From the NCBI GenBank assembly GCA_044892505.1, contig CM097884.1, forward strand, positions 106,144,001 through 106,208,000: a DNA stretch of 64,000 nt, written 5' to 3'. The notes under the pieces are model-generated. The model made no database searches and was not told the origin of the DNA. It was given only the letters and a program-made list of their open reading frames with translations. The DNA is from Schmidtea nova. Taxonomy: Eukaryota. The position numbers and the translations under genes were made by a program. Shown here in pieces: positions 25,148-39,430 of this stretch; the stretch's first letter is position 1; each line of letters opens with the position of its first letter.

Positions 25148-28038
25148 ATCTCGCTCCATCGGTATTGGTTGAGGATCTGGCAATTCTTCGTGTGGATTAT
25201 TATCGCCATCAGTCCAGACATTGACTTCTAAATAATGCCCAAATACAAGACTTTCGTTCCTTCCAACCCAATGGCGCTTATCGTCGTTATTGCTAATAGC
25301 AATCTTATTATTTTTAATCGTGTAGAGCTGGTGATTTTTAGTCCCTATACGAGTTTGTGGTACAGTAAATATTCGATCATTAAGATAAAAATCAATATTA
25401 TATTGATGATTGATGTTGGTGCCTTTAAGTTGAACCCCCTTGGCTTTATTTAATTCAACATCTTCAAGAAGGCTTTGACATTTCGGGCGTAAGAAAACCC
25501 ATTCCTTATATTCGTGACTCTTACTTTCATTCTTAAATTTACCTATAACAGAGTCAAGATGTCGTGAATATAAGGGATGGTCGCGATCATAGTTACATGT
25601 ATCTAAAAGACAATCTGTAATCATAGCTGGTAAAAGTGTTGTAAGTTTACAGTTTTTAACCTCAAGAAAGAACGAGTCAGTGTCGCCAGCAACAATGCCT
25701 ATAGTACAATCAAAGAGATTCCTATATTTCTGCAATTCAAAATATTGCAGTTGATACATCCGCAGTTTAGATAGATCTAGTACCGTTTGACAGATATAAC
25801 TAGGTCTATCTAAACATATTAAATCTTTATTCAGATGTGCTGCAATCAGATCGTCATCAATTTTGATAGACTTTCTGAAAGACTGCTTTGAAGAATATAT
25901 AATCATTTTTTCAGATGAATTACATAATCTAAAATTCATCCATTTTTTCAGATTTTCGACGGATTTACCATAAAGCTGTTATTCAAAAGCTTAAAGTAAT
26001 TTTTATCAAGATCATTACTCGAGTTTGCTCTAAACTTAGTATTAGCATCGATATAATCCTTAAAGATTTATCTAATTGCCCTATGAATTTTCGAAATTTA
26101 GCCCCAAGAGAAACAAACATCTTAAGAAGTCTCCAATGTATTACATAGTTATACTTCGGATAATGCGTGAGCATTAACTTCTCAACTTTGGCAGGTACAT
26201 CTTTTTCAGAGCAACAGGGAAATCATCCAAAAAACATTGCATGTTTTCAGGAATATTAATGTCAACTTCCATAGTGTAACCATATGAAAGATCTTCAATA
26301 TCCGTCGACATACACTCGGTCAAAATATCTTCGAGATTATTATGCACCCACCTGAAATCACCGAAAGGAAGACTTCGGCTAAGAGCCTAACCATATAGAT
26401 TATTAATATCTATATACAAAAGTTCAGTGTTATCTGACGCTTTAACATAATGTGTTTTGACAAATGTCAATCCATCCCGTATTCCTCCTTCGTAGAAATT
26501 ATACATTTCCATATCCTGAAGAAGTTCTATGGGTTCCTTTAATGTCATGAGCGCTGAAGCCCATGACATACCGGGAATTCCATAAAAATTCAAAGGATCT
26601 AAGCCATTGTGTGCAATAGACTTAGCTCGGAATGGTTGGAAAATTCTACGAGGAGAAATACGTCTAATTTTAGATAGACTATCATGCAGTCAAGTAAATT
26701 TATACAGTTATTTTCGCACCAGATTTCTTGAGCTTTTATATATTGAGTCTCAGTTACTTCCTCCCAAATTGGTGGCAACTCAAAAGTATTTTCTAAAATC
26801 TCAAGACTGGTAGCAAAATTAAATGGAAGAATGCCCTTACAATTAATGTTAGAGCCACTGAAAACTGATGAGGTAAGAGGAGAAATGGACAGCGATTTTA
26901 CCGCTTTATCCAAAGAAGCTGTTACGAATTGATAAATATCAATAAACCTAACAGCAAGTTTATTAATATTAGCTATAAGAGAAATAAATTTCTCTGTAGT
27001 TTTTGGAATAATATCTAATTCCCATAAGGGGAAATCCGACAGACCATACTTCAAAATGTGATGTAGGTCATAACCTCTCAAATTATGAAAGATTACAGGC
27101 AAATGATGACGAATTCGCCTAGTATTATTGCAGATCTTACATGCTGTCCCAAGATATCTACCGGAAAAGTGATCAAAATCCCTAATTTGATTCCTAATCG
27201 GTTTCTTACAAAGAAAACAGTTCAAACAAGATCGAAAAGATTGTTCCTCAGAAAAAAATAATGTCTCAAATGGAACATTTCCATGAATGTCGTAATAAGA
27301 CAGGACAATTGTGGTGACAGTATTTTTCTCCACTTTCTTTAAAAATTGTATTACGCATTCAATACCTATGAATTCGTAATATGATTTTGAATTATTTAAA
27401 TTATTTAAAAGTAATAGTTCTGCTTATACCGGCAAATGTTTTTGGTGATAACGGTCATAAAGTCCCCATAAATTACAAACGGTGGGGTTACAGTTTTCGA
27501 ATAATCCTCAAATTCTAAATTTTTATTTTTAGGTAAACTATAAAGGGTAGTTCTCACTTGATTTTTCTTGCATAAATTATAATGTTTATCAAAGGTTTCC
27601 TGAATACGGAAACCATTTAAACATCTAGGACACCATAACGATTGAATTCTACTAGTAATTAGATTAATTTTATGACAGTTCATTAACCTTTGTAAATTAA
27701 TGACTGCTGTGTAATGGTAAACTCCCTCATTTTCCAATAATAAAAGATAAATGGGGTTAAAATTATTTAATTTTGTTCGATTAATTATTTCCAAGTGGGG
27801 AGGATGAGGAACATAGTCATCATCTTCCACATCAATATCATTATTAATAATTACTTTCGGGTTGTATGACAATACGTTAATTGCTAAGTCTGGGTTATTA
27901 TACTCAAATTTCGGGATGTTACATAATTGCATGGGACAGACCTCTATTGGGTCAAAAACTAAACCGTTTAAATAAGGAGTGTAACTTGAAGTTACACAAT
28001 GATTATTTGTGGTTGAGTCATGTTTAATATAGCCAAAA

Positions 28039-28072
<34 letters not shown>

Positions 28073-28650
28073 CTCGTCAGAATTTTCTACATTAATAATA
28101 GCCCTTTTATTTAACGGTTTAGGTGTTTTAAAATGTCCATGGCCAGATAATCAACTCATGGCGGAATACTTTTTCAAAATAAAATAGATTTCCCGTATTT
28201 TATTTACAATCCAGCCGCTACCCATCTGTGTGAAATTTTCAATTTTATTGTTTAGTTTCTTAATACCCCCCCATTAGAAAATTATCCGAAAAGATTTGGG
28301 CATTATTTGATAAAAATTCATTTTTAAACACCCCGTCTTTTTCAAACTGTATATTAAGCGCGAATTGAATTTTTACATTCCCCATTTCACGTATTTCATT
28401 ACGTAACCGTTCAGAAATTTTGTCTGTGACAGCAATTTGATTAATATTGTGAGACTCAGCGTTAAAAGTTAATGATCGTTGAGATCCTTTTAAATCTTTT
28501 TCGATTACAGGCTCGTCATTTATATTAATTGAACTCCCTATTTGATTATTTATAACAATTTCATCGTCGTCGCTTAAAATAATTATCTTAGGTTTATTTT
28601 TCTTGGGTTCAATAAATTTAATGGTATCAGCAGGTCGTTTTTTGTTATTT
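25148..28650 (-). pseudogene. Protein-primed family B DNA polymerase (pPolB) of Polinton copy 1, frameshifted
   Basis: Motifs in order: MGSGW, AIINVENSDE, FHNLRGYD (exonuclease II), YIDINNLYG (motif A), GDTDSF (motif C), LRPK, KAKGV. A (TA)n expansion lies at 28043-28070; the 5' limit is approximate. Confidence 0.92.
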
Positions 28651-29144
28651 TTAAATTTTATTATTTTGATTAATTATTTTTACATTTGTTGTATGTAGTA
28701 AGTTATTTATTAATATATTATTATTATTATTTAAAAGAGATGATGACTTAGTTAAGTCTATGGTAACAGATTTTTTTGAATAAGAGATGTTCGAAGTCTC
28801 AGGATTAAGTTTAAAAATAAATTTTTTAGATTTAAAAAATTGTGAAAGATGAACTTGATGTTCTGTATAAAAATCAGAAAAAGGTATGGGTTTGGAAGTC
28901 TCAGATTTAAGGCTAATAAGGATAATAAATTGCCATAAGTTTATGACATCGAATGCCGTGTTTGCTTGATGAGTTGCAATAATTATGATACAAAGAGCCT
29001 GAATATATATAATTCAAAAATATATTTAGAATAATTTAAAATAATAATATAAAAAATTGATATATTTGAAGAATCATTATAGTAACCTATTTACAATAAT
29101 AAGCCAACAAATATTTAAAATAATTTATTATTAATATAATTGAT

Positions 29145-29217
<73 letters not shown>

Positions 29218-29218
<1 letters not shown>

Positions 29219-30512
29219 GTGGTGCGGTCAAAAGGTTTCCGGCCTACCCTACTTAACAAATTGATTTTTTAATGGAAATAGGTTTATTTTATTGGAAATT
29301 TATTGACAATTTCATGTTTAAAATCTTATTGACCTAATCCATTTACTTTATCTGTTGCAGATGGAAATGTCGTTGCAAGTGCATTCGCTGGAAAAAATTG
29401 AGTATCGCAGTGCTATTCGCTTTTGTGTTCTTCTCGGCCAAACAAACAAGGAAATCATGGCAAATCTGAATCGAGCCTATGGCGAAAAGTGTCCCTCTCA
29501 GTCTACCATCAAGTTTTGGGATGCTGAATTCAAACGGGGTCGGCAAAGTGTGTCAGATGAGGAACGAGAGGGTCGACCAACGACTTCGAGAAATGAAGAT
29601 GTGAAGGACAAATTGGAGAAAATGGTACTGGAAGATCGCTGTATAACTACCAGGCAGCTGGAAGAATCCCTACAAATATCACACGGCACCGTAGTTCAAT
29701 TATTGAAAGACTTTAAGTTCAACAAGGTGGTGTCTCGCTTTGTGCCTCGCTTTTTGACAACTGAGATGTGCAATAACCGAAAGAATGCGTGTCTCATGAA
29801 CTTCGCCATTTACCGCAAGTATGGAGAAATATTTATCCAAAACATCCTCATTGTTGATGAGACACCGTTGCCCCTACATTAGCCTGAATCAAATCGGTAG
29901 TCTATGGAATGGAGAAAGCCGGAAGAAGGAAAAGTTTGGAAGTCTCGTTCCGGAATGTCGCACAGACGGGAACTCATGTTGACTGTGTTTTGGAGTCATA
30001 AGGGAGTGATCCTCACCGACTTTCTTGAGAAGGGACGGACAATCAGCGGAGAATATTACGGTAATCTCGTTTAACAAGCTCGTAGAAAGTGCCGAAAACT
30101 CTATGGTCTCCCTCACTGGTTTCAGCATGACAATGCGCCAGTTCACACCAGCCGCATTGCCCAAGCAAAACTCAATGACTGTTGCTTCGAGATCATTAGC
30201 CATCCTCCATACAGCCCTGATTTGGCTCCCTCAGATTACTGCCTATTTACGGAATTGAAGAAGAAACTGCGGGGACAGTATTTCATGGATGCAGGCGATT
30301 TAGAGGAGGCTGTAAATCGGATTTTTGACCAGCTTCCACCCTCATTTTACCATGGGGCATTCGAAGCCCTCCCTGGTCGTTGGCATAAGTGTTTCGATGC
30401 CGGAGGTAATTGGTTCGAGAAGTAATAGTATTGGTGTTAATAAAAATATAGTTGTGGTTTCTTGCTTTTAAATATTTCTGGGGTAGGCCGGAAACTTTTT
30501 GACCGCACCACG
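29218..30512 (+). mobile_element. Mariner transposon, full length, transposase 29355-30425 with three in-frame stops
   Basis: TIRs CGTGGTGCGGTCAAAAGGTTTCCGGCCTACCC and its reverse complement, in a (TA)n tract; FVPRFL, VDET, HDNA and YSPDLAPSD motifs. Confidence 0.93.
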
Positions 30513-30518
30513 TATATA

Positions 30519-30599
<81 letters not shown>

Positions 30600-30963
30600 G
30601 GTGATAAATATCTCGGTTTCTCATTATGTGATATTCATAATATTATTATTATTAAAGTTTCTAAAATAAACAGAGAGTGATTCCGGTAAATATTGTTATT
30701 TCCAATCACAAAGACTAACATAAAATAGTATTTTTCCTACTATGTGATTATATATTGTAATTTTTATTATCAAAAAGTATTTAAATTATTATTATTAATT
30801 AAAATATTATTTAAAATAACTATTTTAATATAAATTACAATATATGTTAAATTTCTAATTTTTATAAATATAGTATTTATAATATCAGCAAAAATTAGAG
30901 TATTATTATTAAAATTAAATATTTTTGTATTCATTCAAAATGTATTTATATACCAGATAAGTA

Positions 30964-32257
30964 CGTGGTGCGCCCAATAAGTCATGAGACTAAAATATAA
31001 CGACTTAAGATATCAACACAATACTTTGTATTTAGAACAAGCACGGTAAATAAGCATCATTTCTCAAAATAATTTCCTTCTGCACTGACACAATTTTCCC
31101 AGCGAATAACGATGTTTTCGAAGGCGTTTTTGAAGAATTCTGGAGGCTTTTCTCCCAGAAAACTCTCCACGGCTGCTCTCAAATCATGTTTGTTGGCAAA
31201 CACCTGGCCCCGCTGATGCTTCTTAAGATGGTTAAACAGGAAAAAATTGGAGGGAGCCAAATCGGGGCTGTATGGTGGATGGGAAAACAAATTGAGCCCG
31301 CAACGCTCGATTTTGGCTATGGAAACGCTGCTGGTGGTAATGGGAGCATTATCGTGTAAAAAATAGAGATCACACACTCTGCTCTTGCGTCAAGCCTTCC
31401 TTGATTGCTGCACGATGTTGGAGTAGTAAGAACTATTGATCTTCACGCCGGATTCAGCAAAGTCAGTCAGAATAATGCCATTGGCGTCCCACAACACTGT
31501 CAGCATGAGAGCTTTTCGGTGGCAAGTTGAGGACCGCATTTTCAGTGAGCTCCTTTCTCCTGGCAGTTTCCGTTCTTGAGACTCTCTTTTAGATTCGGGG
31601 ACATAAAGGGACAACTGTGTCTCGTCCACGGTGATGATATTATCAATGAAACGGTCTCCAACATTGGTCCTGATCTGCAGATTCTCCAAGCAGCATTCCA
31701 AGCGTCGTTGTCGCATTTCCATCGTTAAGAAGCATGGCACAAAACGGGAACATAGTTTTCAAATACCACTTTCAGTGAGGAGAGTATGCACAGTGCCTTT
31801 GTTCACATTTAGACGGGTTGTGAGCTCTCTCGTCGTTATTTTGCTCTCGTTTTGCACGATTGTCTGCAGCTTTTGCATTATTGTTTCATCAATTTCTGAG
31901 GGTCTTCCAGATCTTTCTTCGTCCACCACGGAGGTTCTACCACTCTGAAAGTAATTGAAACAACGATAAATTGTTGCTGTGAATGGGCACTCTTGTTGGT
32001 AAATAGCTTTCAGTTCAGAAAAAACCTCTTCTCTATTTTTTCCTTTCAGAAAGAGAAAGCGAATAACGCTACGGTATTGAATAGTTTCCAGAGGCATTTT
32101 TTTGAATGTTCGCAAAAATATCCTTAAACAATAATGGATTATTAAAACAAAATACATTTTCTTTACCTATATATGTTAAAGTTTAAATATGTCTGTATCA
32201 ATTTTTTTTACTATTATTATTTCTATATTAGTCTCACGACTTATTGGGCGCACCACG
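30964..32257 (-). mobile_element. Mariner transposon, full length, frameshifted transposase
   Basis: TA|CGTGGTGCGCCCAATAAGTC ... GACTTATTGGGCGCACCACG|TA; transposase in three fragments (31759-32157, 31390-31740, 31057-31377). Confidence 0.93.
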
Positions 32258-33178
32258 TATTTAATAGGATGTAAAAATATATAAAAAGGTTTAAAAACTT
32301 TTATTATTTAAATATAAATTTTAAACAATTTAACAAAAGCGAGTCATTTATTTCGCCCAAATTTTCAGGATGCATTAAAATCCTCCGTGGCATTGATTCC
32401 ATCTGATCCTTTTTCATTATGATTTCTTGAATTTACTTTGTTTGAACATAAAATGGTTGAAGTCATCTCCATTGCTGTCTTGGATGATTCTCCATGCTTA
32501 TTATTTACAATTTCTAAATTAAAATATATAAAAACATATTAAATATAAAACAATAATTTACTATTAATCAATTCTTCATCAATATCAGTGGGAAATATTC
32601 GTCCACATAGTTTATGATCAAACGATCTTAATAAATTAGAATTCACCGTTCTAATTTATAAAAAATATATAATCAAAAAATATATTGCAATAATAATAAT
32701 AATATACCATTTTGCCCTAAACAATATTCGCTGGGGTTTCATACTTAAACTTGGAACCATTTGAGGCTGCTGAAAATTAAAATTATATAAAAATTATATA
32801 TTAAAATAAAAATAAAATTACCCATGGCGGCGACATTCATTTTATTAATATTTTGAATATTATTGATCATATTGATTAAATTTTTGAATAGTAAAATTGG
32901 TTGTTTAAAAGTGACGAAAAATGAAAAGATATTGTATATAACTAAAACTATTTCAACGATTATTAACCAGCCAATCAAAAACTTTTAGATTAGAGAAATA
33001 TGCGCACACATATATTTATTTATGGTTATTACAAATGTTTCTAATACTAGAATGTGTGTGTCAAAATAAAACATGATGTCATGTCAGTTTCCATGTGAAT
33101 TAATAAAGACATACGAGTACATGACCTCTAACGTCGTTGTCGTATTTATCTAGTCTTTTTTAACTTTGTAAGTTGACA

Positions 33179-33223
<45 letters not shown>

Positions 33224-33274
33224 TATAATAATTATAATAATAATAATAAACATTAATACAATGAAATAAATTTA

Positions 33275-33709
33275 TTAAAATAACAAAACATTTATGGCTT
33301 TAAATAATCTATAACACCACGCAAACATCATTTTAAAGGCACAAATATTATGGTCTCTATACGGACATGAAATATTATTTGGAACATCTTCAATTTCTTT
33401 AAAATTATATTTAATTAATCTCAATTTCGGAAAAGATTTCTTCAACACTTGTAGTTTATCAATATCAGTGACATGGAAAATGGCACTGGTATCTTCAATA
33501 TCATTCATAATACACGTTGGACAAAAATAATCTTGTCTTTCATACCATTTCAATCGATCAGGTATTCCAATACCCATCCAGAAAGGTAAATCATTGTATA
33601 TATAATACTTTGGTTTAAATTTATTATTAACATTCATAATACATAATTCTTTAATTATTGTTCCTCCCATATCATTATAACCGTAAATATCAATAAAATA
33701 ACAAGTCAT
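33275..33709 (-). CDS. Polinton copy 1 DEDD/Maelstrom-like ORF (homolog of 63449-63850)
   Basis: MTCYFIDIYGYNDMGGTIIKELCIM...CPYRDHNICA aligns end to end with the copy 2 ORF; functional label is inference. Confidence 0.75.
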   Translation of the reverse strand: MTCYFIDIYGYNDMGGTIIKELCIMNVNNKFKPKYYIYNDLPFWMGIGIPDRLKWYERQDYFCPTCIMNDIEDTSAIFHVTDIDKLQVLKKSFPKLRLIKYNFKEIEDVPNNISCPYRDHNICAFKMMFAWCYRLFKAINVLLF

Positions 33710-33725
33710 TTTATAATAAAGTTTA

Positions 33726-34121
33726 TTAAACTAAATTGTTTAATACATATAACATAGATTTTAACCGTGCAAGACAATGTTGAGCACAAGTAATTGTTAA
33801 TGGATGTTGATATCGAATTATATTGTATACAATCGGTTTACCCAAATTTTGCAATTTACTAACTAATAAATTGGGATAATAACATCCAAATGGATCAAAT
33901 ACATATATTCGATCTGGTTTAACTTAAACAGCAATCCAATGTTCACCGCCCAAAGTCGATGTCTGAGTATTGACAATAATCGCTTGATTAACATCCAAAT
34001 AAGGAATTTTATCTAATGTCTAAACTAGAATAAATTGATTTCCCAATAATAGTTTTCCAATACGATTAACCTGAATAGAACTATTTTAATTAATTATTTT
34101 ACAAATTAATACTTACTCCAT
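33726..34121 (-). pseudogene. Adenain-like cysteine protease of Polinton copy 1 (in-frame stops; 36-nt intron 34081-34116)
   Basis: Reverse complement translates MD|SIQV...GNQFI...VNTQTSTLGGEHWIAV*VKPDRIYVFDPFG...QHPLTITCAQHCL. Confidence 0.85.
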
Positions 34122-34177
34122 GATAATTTTATTTTAGTGATTTAGTTCATTTATACCAATAAGTCGTTGAACAGAGT

Positions 34178-34240
34178 TCAAACCAGTACTGTTCGATTTG
34201 CAGTAATTTGTATTTCATTTTCAAAAACTCCATATATTAT
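34178..34240 (-). pseudogene. C-terminal remnant of major capsid gene, Polinton copy 1
   Basis: IYGVFENEIQITANRTVLV* matches the MCP end in copy 2. Confidence 0.8.
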
Positions 34241-35439
34241 GGATAAATACAAAGACTTCTCATAATTAAGGTATTATCTTTATAGATTACTGCATAAATT
34301 TCATAGTGACAACTATTGCAATGAAATAATAGGGCAATATTATCGATATGCAAATAACGAAGTCAACTATTCTTTCGACTCACCTCTAATACCGCCCAAT
34401 ATATATTTCCTTTTATTTCTAACATTATCTCCTTTGAAATTAATTCTCATGTTTAAGAAATGCCCATTGCATTAATTATTATTAATAAAAATAAATTAAT
34501 ATTATCCAAAACACATTTAAAAATTCATTAAAAGATAAAAATTAATTAATATTATCCAAAATACATTTGAAAATTCATTAAAATATAAAAATAAATGAAT
34601 AAAAATATGAATTATTAGAAAATATATATCAAATTTAAAATATTAAAGAAATTTGTTTAAATTAATTGTTTGCGCAAAGTAAAAATTATTTAAATGTTTA
34701 CAGATTAGATACAAAAATTTAATAATTATTAAATTAATTATCCAAATGTAATCAAATTAATTAAAATTAATCAATACTTACATTGAGCATTCGTCACCAC
34801 ATCAGGTGTAAATCCATCATTCATAATATTTTCATTACTAAGATTCATAGTTTGAACGTACATTTGCTCATTCATATTTGCATCATCTAAATTAATATAT
34901 AAATAAATCAATAATTAAAAATATTTTACCAATTCTATTCTCATTTTCATCTCAATTCAAAGGAGATTGAAATATTCTCACTTGTATTTACTAAGTTAAT
35001 ATAATAATAGAAAATAAAAATATATCATTTTCTTTGTCAATTAGTTCTTCATTCATAAAATTAATTTTCATGGAGCTCATTTTTAAAGTTTGGCATATGT
35101 TAAAAGTGAATAGTGAACCTTTCTAGCAGAACCTTTATTAGCAGAACCTCTATTAGCAGAACCTCTATTATCAGAACCTTTTTTTGTGATGGTTTTTATC
35201 TGCCAAAGCTTCATACTGTATTTTCACTCATATACCATTAGTGTTACATTTTCATTAATTTTATTCAATAGCAGAACCTTTCTAGCTGAACCTTTAATAG
35301 CAGAACCTCTTTTGTGATGGTTTTATCTGCCAAAGCTTATTACTCATACATATAGTTATTATTGTTACAATCAACATTATTCATTAACATAACCCATTAT
35401 GGTCTTTGATCAATTACATTATCCCAATGTTTCAGTTTT

Positions 35440-38400
35440 ATCTAGTAACAGATACAAATTGTGATAGGTTTGAAAGCTTCTTACTTGAACATGCATTTCA
35501 CAATATTTCCATACACTTTCGTAATATTTCAATGACAATTTGTGATGTATGTGATGATTTTCTATGTATTTTTGATATTTTATCTGTATTTTTGATGATT
35601 TTCTTTGTATTTTCTATATGTTTACTATGTGTTTTCTGTGTTTTTATGTCATTTTGTGATGATAATTCATGTTTGTAATGATATTGGATCATGTACATTA
35701 TACGGCATAAAAAGTGATCATGTACATTATACGGCTTATTTTTAAATTAATAATAATCAATAAAAATTTAAATTAAAAATATCATGTACATCATACGACA
35801 ATAAATTAATAATAATCAATAAAAATTTAAATTAAAAATATCATGTACATTATACGGCATATGATGTCGTATAATGTACATGATCCATGATATTTTGTAT
35901 GTGTGGTAAAGTTTTAATTTATTTCTGATATTTTGTATGTGTACCTTTGATGATTTTTGGTGTATTTTCAATGATAGTGCACTAAAGCAGCGTTTCTCAA
36001 CCCTTTTTTTGGTCTGTGGCCCCACTACAAAATTTGTTCGAAAAAAGTAGGCATTAAAAACAAAACTTTATTTAAAAATTCCAAAATATATTTTTAATTA
36101 ACTTGTACATATATAAAACATACATATTTTTTCAACAAATTATGTAAAGAAATTGATCGTCTACTTTATTTAGCGTGATCCTTGTGCTTGTTGCAATTTA
36201 GGGAGTTAATTATTTTCCGGCTTCAATGTTGTTAGCGACATACGCAAATCGCCTCTTTGCACATCATCAAGACGGTTACTTGCTTTTGAGAGGAGATGCA
36301 TAACTCGACTAAATCCAGATTCAACCAAATGAGAAGTGGGAAATGCAATGAAATATAATCTAGCTTTCTCCCATAACCGTGGAAATGTACTGGCTATTTC
36401 ATTGCAGATCCAGAAATTATCTTTATTTAATTTAAATCTAACTTGTGCATTCATATCACTTTGCAAGTCCACAAGACTTTCTTCCAGTTTGATATTGATA
36501 TCAGCTGCATTCACACTAAATGGATTAATCACTCAATCTGGAATATTTAAATTAATAATATCAATAAATCTAACTCGCATATCCTCACGAAGCTGTTTCA
36601 AATGATTAATATATATTTCCAAATTATCATCTTGTATTTCATTTGAAATTGTGACCAATGATGAAAATTGCGCTAACTCACGACGACCAATATTTGTTAT
36701 GAAAAGATTCAGCTTTCCCAAAAAAGAATAAATTACTTTTTTACACGTTATGAGATTACAATCTTTTACTTGTAAATGTTTGTTTAATAAATTAGGTTTT
36801 TCAAATATATCTGATAAATAAAATATATCACATTTAACACTAACTATCTCCTCTCCGAATTCTGCATCTTTCATGAAAGATATAATACTATTCCAAAGCA
36901 CAACAAACCGTTTTAAACTATTGCCCTTCGATAACCACCGAACTTCTGTGTGTAATAGGAGGCGCTCAAAGCCTTCCTCATTTTCTTCACATAGTTGTCG
37001 GAAGATGCGATCTCGAAGTGGACTTGATTTAATGAAATTTATTGTTTTTATTACAATATTAAGAGACTCGTGTAAACGCCCTCCTAACTTTTTTGCAACC
37101 AAATGTTGACGATGAATTACACAATGTATACATAAAATATTTGGCACATCATTCTTCAGATATGTGATAAATCCTCGATATTTACCAACCATTGAAGCAG
37201 CCCCATCGGTTGCATATGCTAATATATTTTAAAGCGGGATATTTTTCTCTATAAAAAAATTTTTAACTTCTTGATATATCTTTTCACCTTTTGTGTCAGT
37301 TTTAAGTTTTCTGGCAAAGAGCATTTCTTCAATAAATTTGTCATTATCTTGAAATCTAACATACGCCATTAATAGAGCTTCATTATCACGTATAGAAGAT
37401 TCATCTAATTGCAGGGCAAACTTCTTAAATTGCAAATGAGCAATTAGTTGTTTTTCCACATCATCTGCCATTTCATCGATACGCCTTGATACTGAAGAAT
37501 TGCTCAAAGGAATGACTTGAGTAATTGCATTTGGGTTCTGATTCATGACCCTTGAAATAACAATAGACACTGATGGCAAAATCAAAGATTCAACAATAGT
37601 ATGTTCTCTTCCAACTTTTGCAATTAACTGCGAAATCTCATAAGAAGCAATTAATCCATTGTCAATCATCGATGACTTTTCATTAAATAGTTGTAAAATT
37701 GTTTTTCTTGATCGAAAATCATCTCGGAGTTTTTTAAAAAATTCAACTGGCTTGTCTTTTTTGTCTTCATGTGTAGTTTCTAAATGTTTTCGTAATTTAC
37801 ATGGTCGCATACTTTCGTTTGATAATACAGCCATACACAATAAACACATAGGCTTTTTAATATCTACTGTCGATTGAATAAATCCATACGCGAGATAATC
37901 GATAGAATATTGTTGACATTTTTTTTAGTCTCTCTACTCATGGTTATCTAAAAAAATATTTTTATTTTAATAAAATTTGCTATTAAAGTGATTTAAAAAA
38001 TCTCATTGGTCTTGAATTACATATGCATACATATGTAATAAGAAAAAAACATGTAATAAGAACATTACAATAAAGATAAAATCGCAAATTTATAAAAACT
38101 TACAATTTGAAGAAAATTATAATTCACTGTTGAAATATCGAATTGTTCTACGTCTAAACTCAAAAAGTGTCAAAACTTGACTAACAATAACAAGAATGGG
38201 CTTTGCGAGCACGTGCAAGATTCAACTTGTCTTTGTTTACGCAATACAAACGCACAGTCAAAAGAAACAAATATATTTAATATTATATTACCTGTATGTA
38301 TTATAATTATTATATTTAATTATATGAATGGTGTGACAACTAAATCTTTCTGGCTCAATTTTTTCAATTTAATTTACTTATAATATTTTATTATTTAGTT

Positions 38401-39430
38401 TTAGCTGTGGCCCCCTAGAGTTTGCTATGGCTCCCCAAAAGTTTATTTTTGACCCGTGGCCCCCTTGAAAATTCTGTGGCCCCAGGGGGCCATATGGCCT
38501 TAGGTTGAGAATCGTTGCACTAAAATATGATGACATTTTGTGATGATATTTCATCTATGTGATGATATTTCATGTGTGATGATATTTTGTGAGTGATGAA
38601 TTTCTGTGAAATTTTGATATTTTGTGTAATGAATTTCTATGTATTCTTGATAAATTTTGTGTTTCTTTGTTTATTTTCCATATGTTTTTGATATTTGGTA
38701 TATCTTGATGTATTTTGTGTATATGTGATGAATTTATATGTATTCTTGATATTTTGTTTGTAATTCTTGATAATTTTCTAAATATTTCTGATATTTTGTG
38801 TGTACTTTTGATGATTTTTTGTGTATTTTTAATGTTAGTGCACTAAAGTATGATGACATTTTGTGCTGAAATTTCATATATGTGATGATATTTTGTGTGT
38901 GTGTGATGAATTTATATGTATTCTTGATATTTTGTTTGTAATTCTTGATAATTTTCTAAATATTTCTGATATTTTGTGTGTACTTTTGATGATTTTTGGT
39001 GTATTTTCAATGTTAGTGCACTAAAGTATGATTACATTTTGTTATGAAATTTCATATATGTGATGATATTTTGTGTGTGTGATGAATTTCTGTGTATACT
39101 TGATATTTTTGTGCATCTTTGTTGATTTCCTGTGTTTTTGATATTTTTTATGTATTTTAGATGCTATTACACTATAGTATGATGACATTTTATGATTATA
39201 TTTTGTATGTATGTGTTTATTTTTTATGTATGTGATGATATTCTTTGTGTGTATTTCATGTATACAATGATATTTCATGTATGTAATGATATTTCATGTG
39301 TGTTTTGCATTATAATATGATTATAATTTGTGTGTGTGTATCATAAATTTCTATATATATTTTTTTTGTGTGTGTTTGTACTATACTGTATAAAATATTT
39401 TGTATGTAATGATTTCTATATCATGATAAT
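35440..39430. repeat. Degenerate TG/AT-rich tandem repeat region (~190-bp unit), split by the Buster element
   Basis: Near-identical units at about 38720-38900 and 38900-39090 containing GTGCACTAAAGTATGATGACATTTTG. Confidence 0.7.
35988..38517 (-). mobile_element. hAT Buster-family transposon (ZBED5/SCAND3-like transposase 36206-37941, disrupted)
   Basis: TIRs CAGCGTTTCTCAACC / GGTTGAGAATCGTTG; 8-bp TSD CACTAAAG / CACTAAAA with central TA; motifs CLLC..VLSNESM, ALQLDESS, HCVIHRQ, HTEVRWLS, PTSHLVESGFS. Confidence 0.92.

Noticed and set aside
30283-30680. YIYIYI ORFs (also 51444-51677)
   Set aside because: (TA)n microsatellite read-through.
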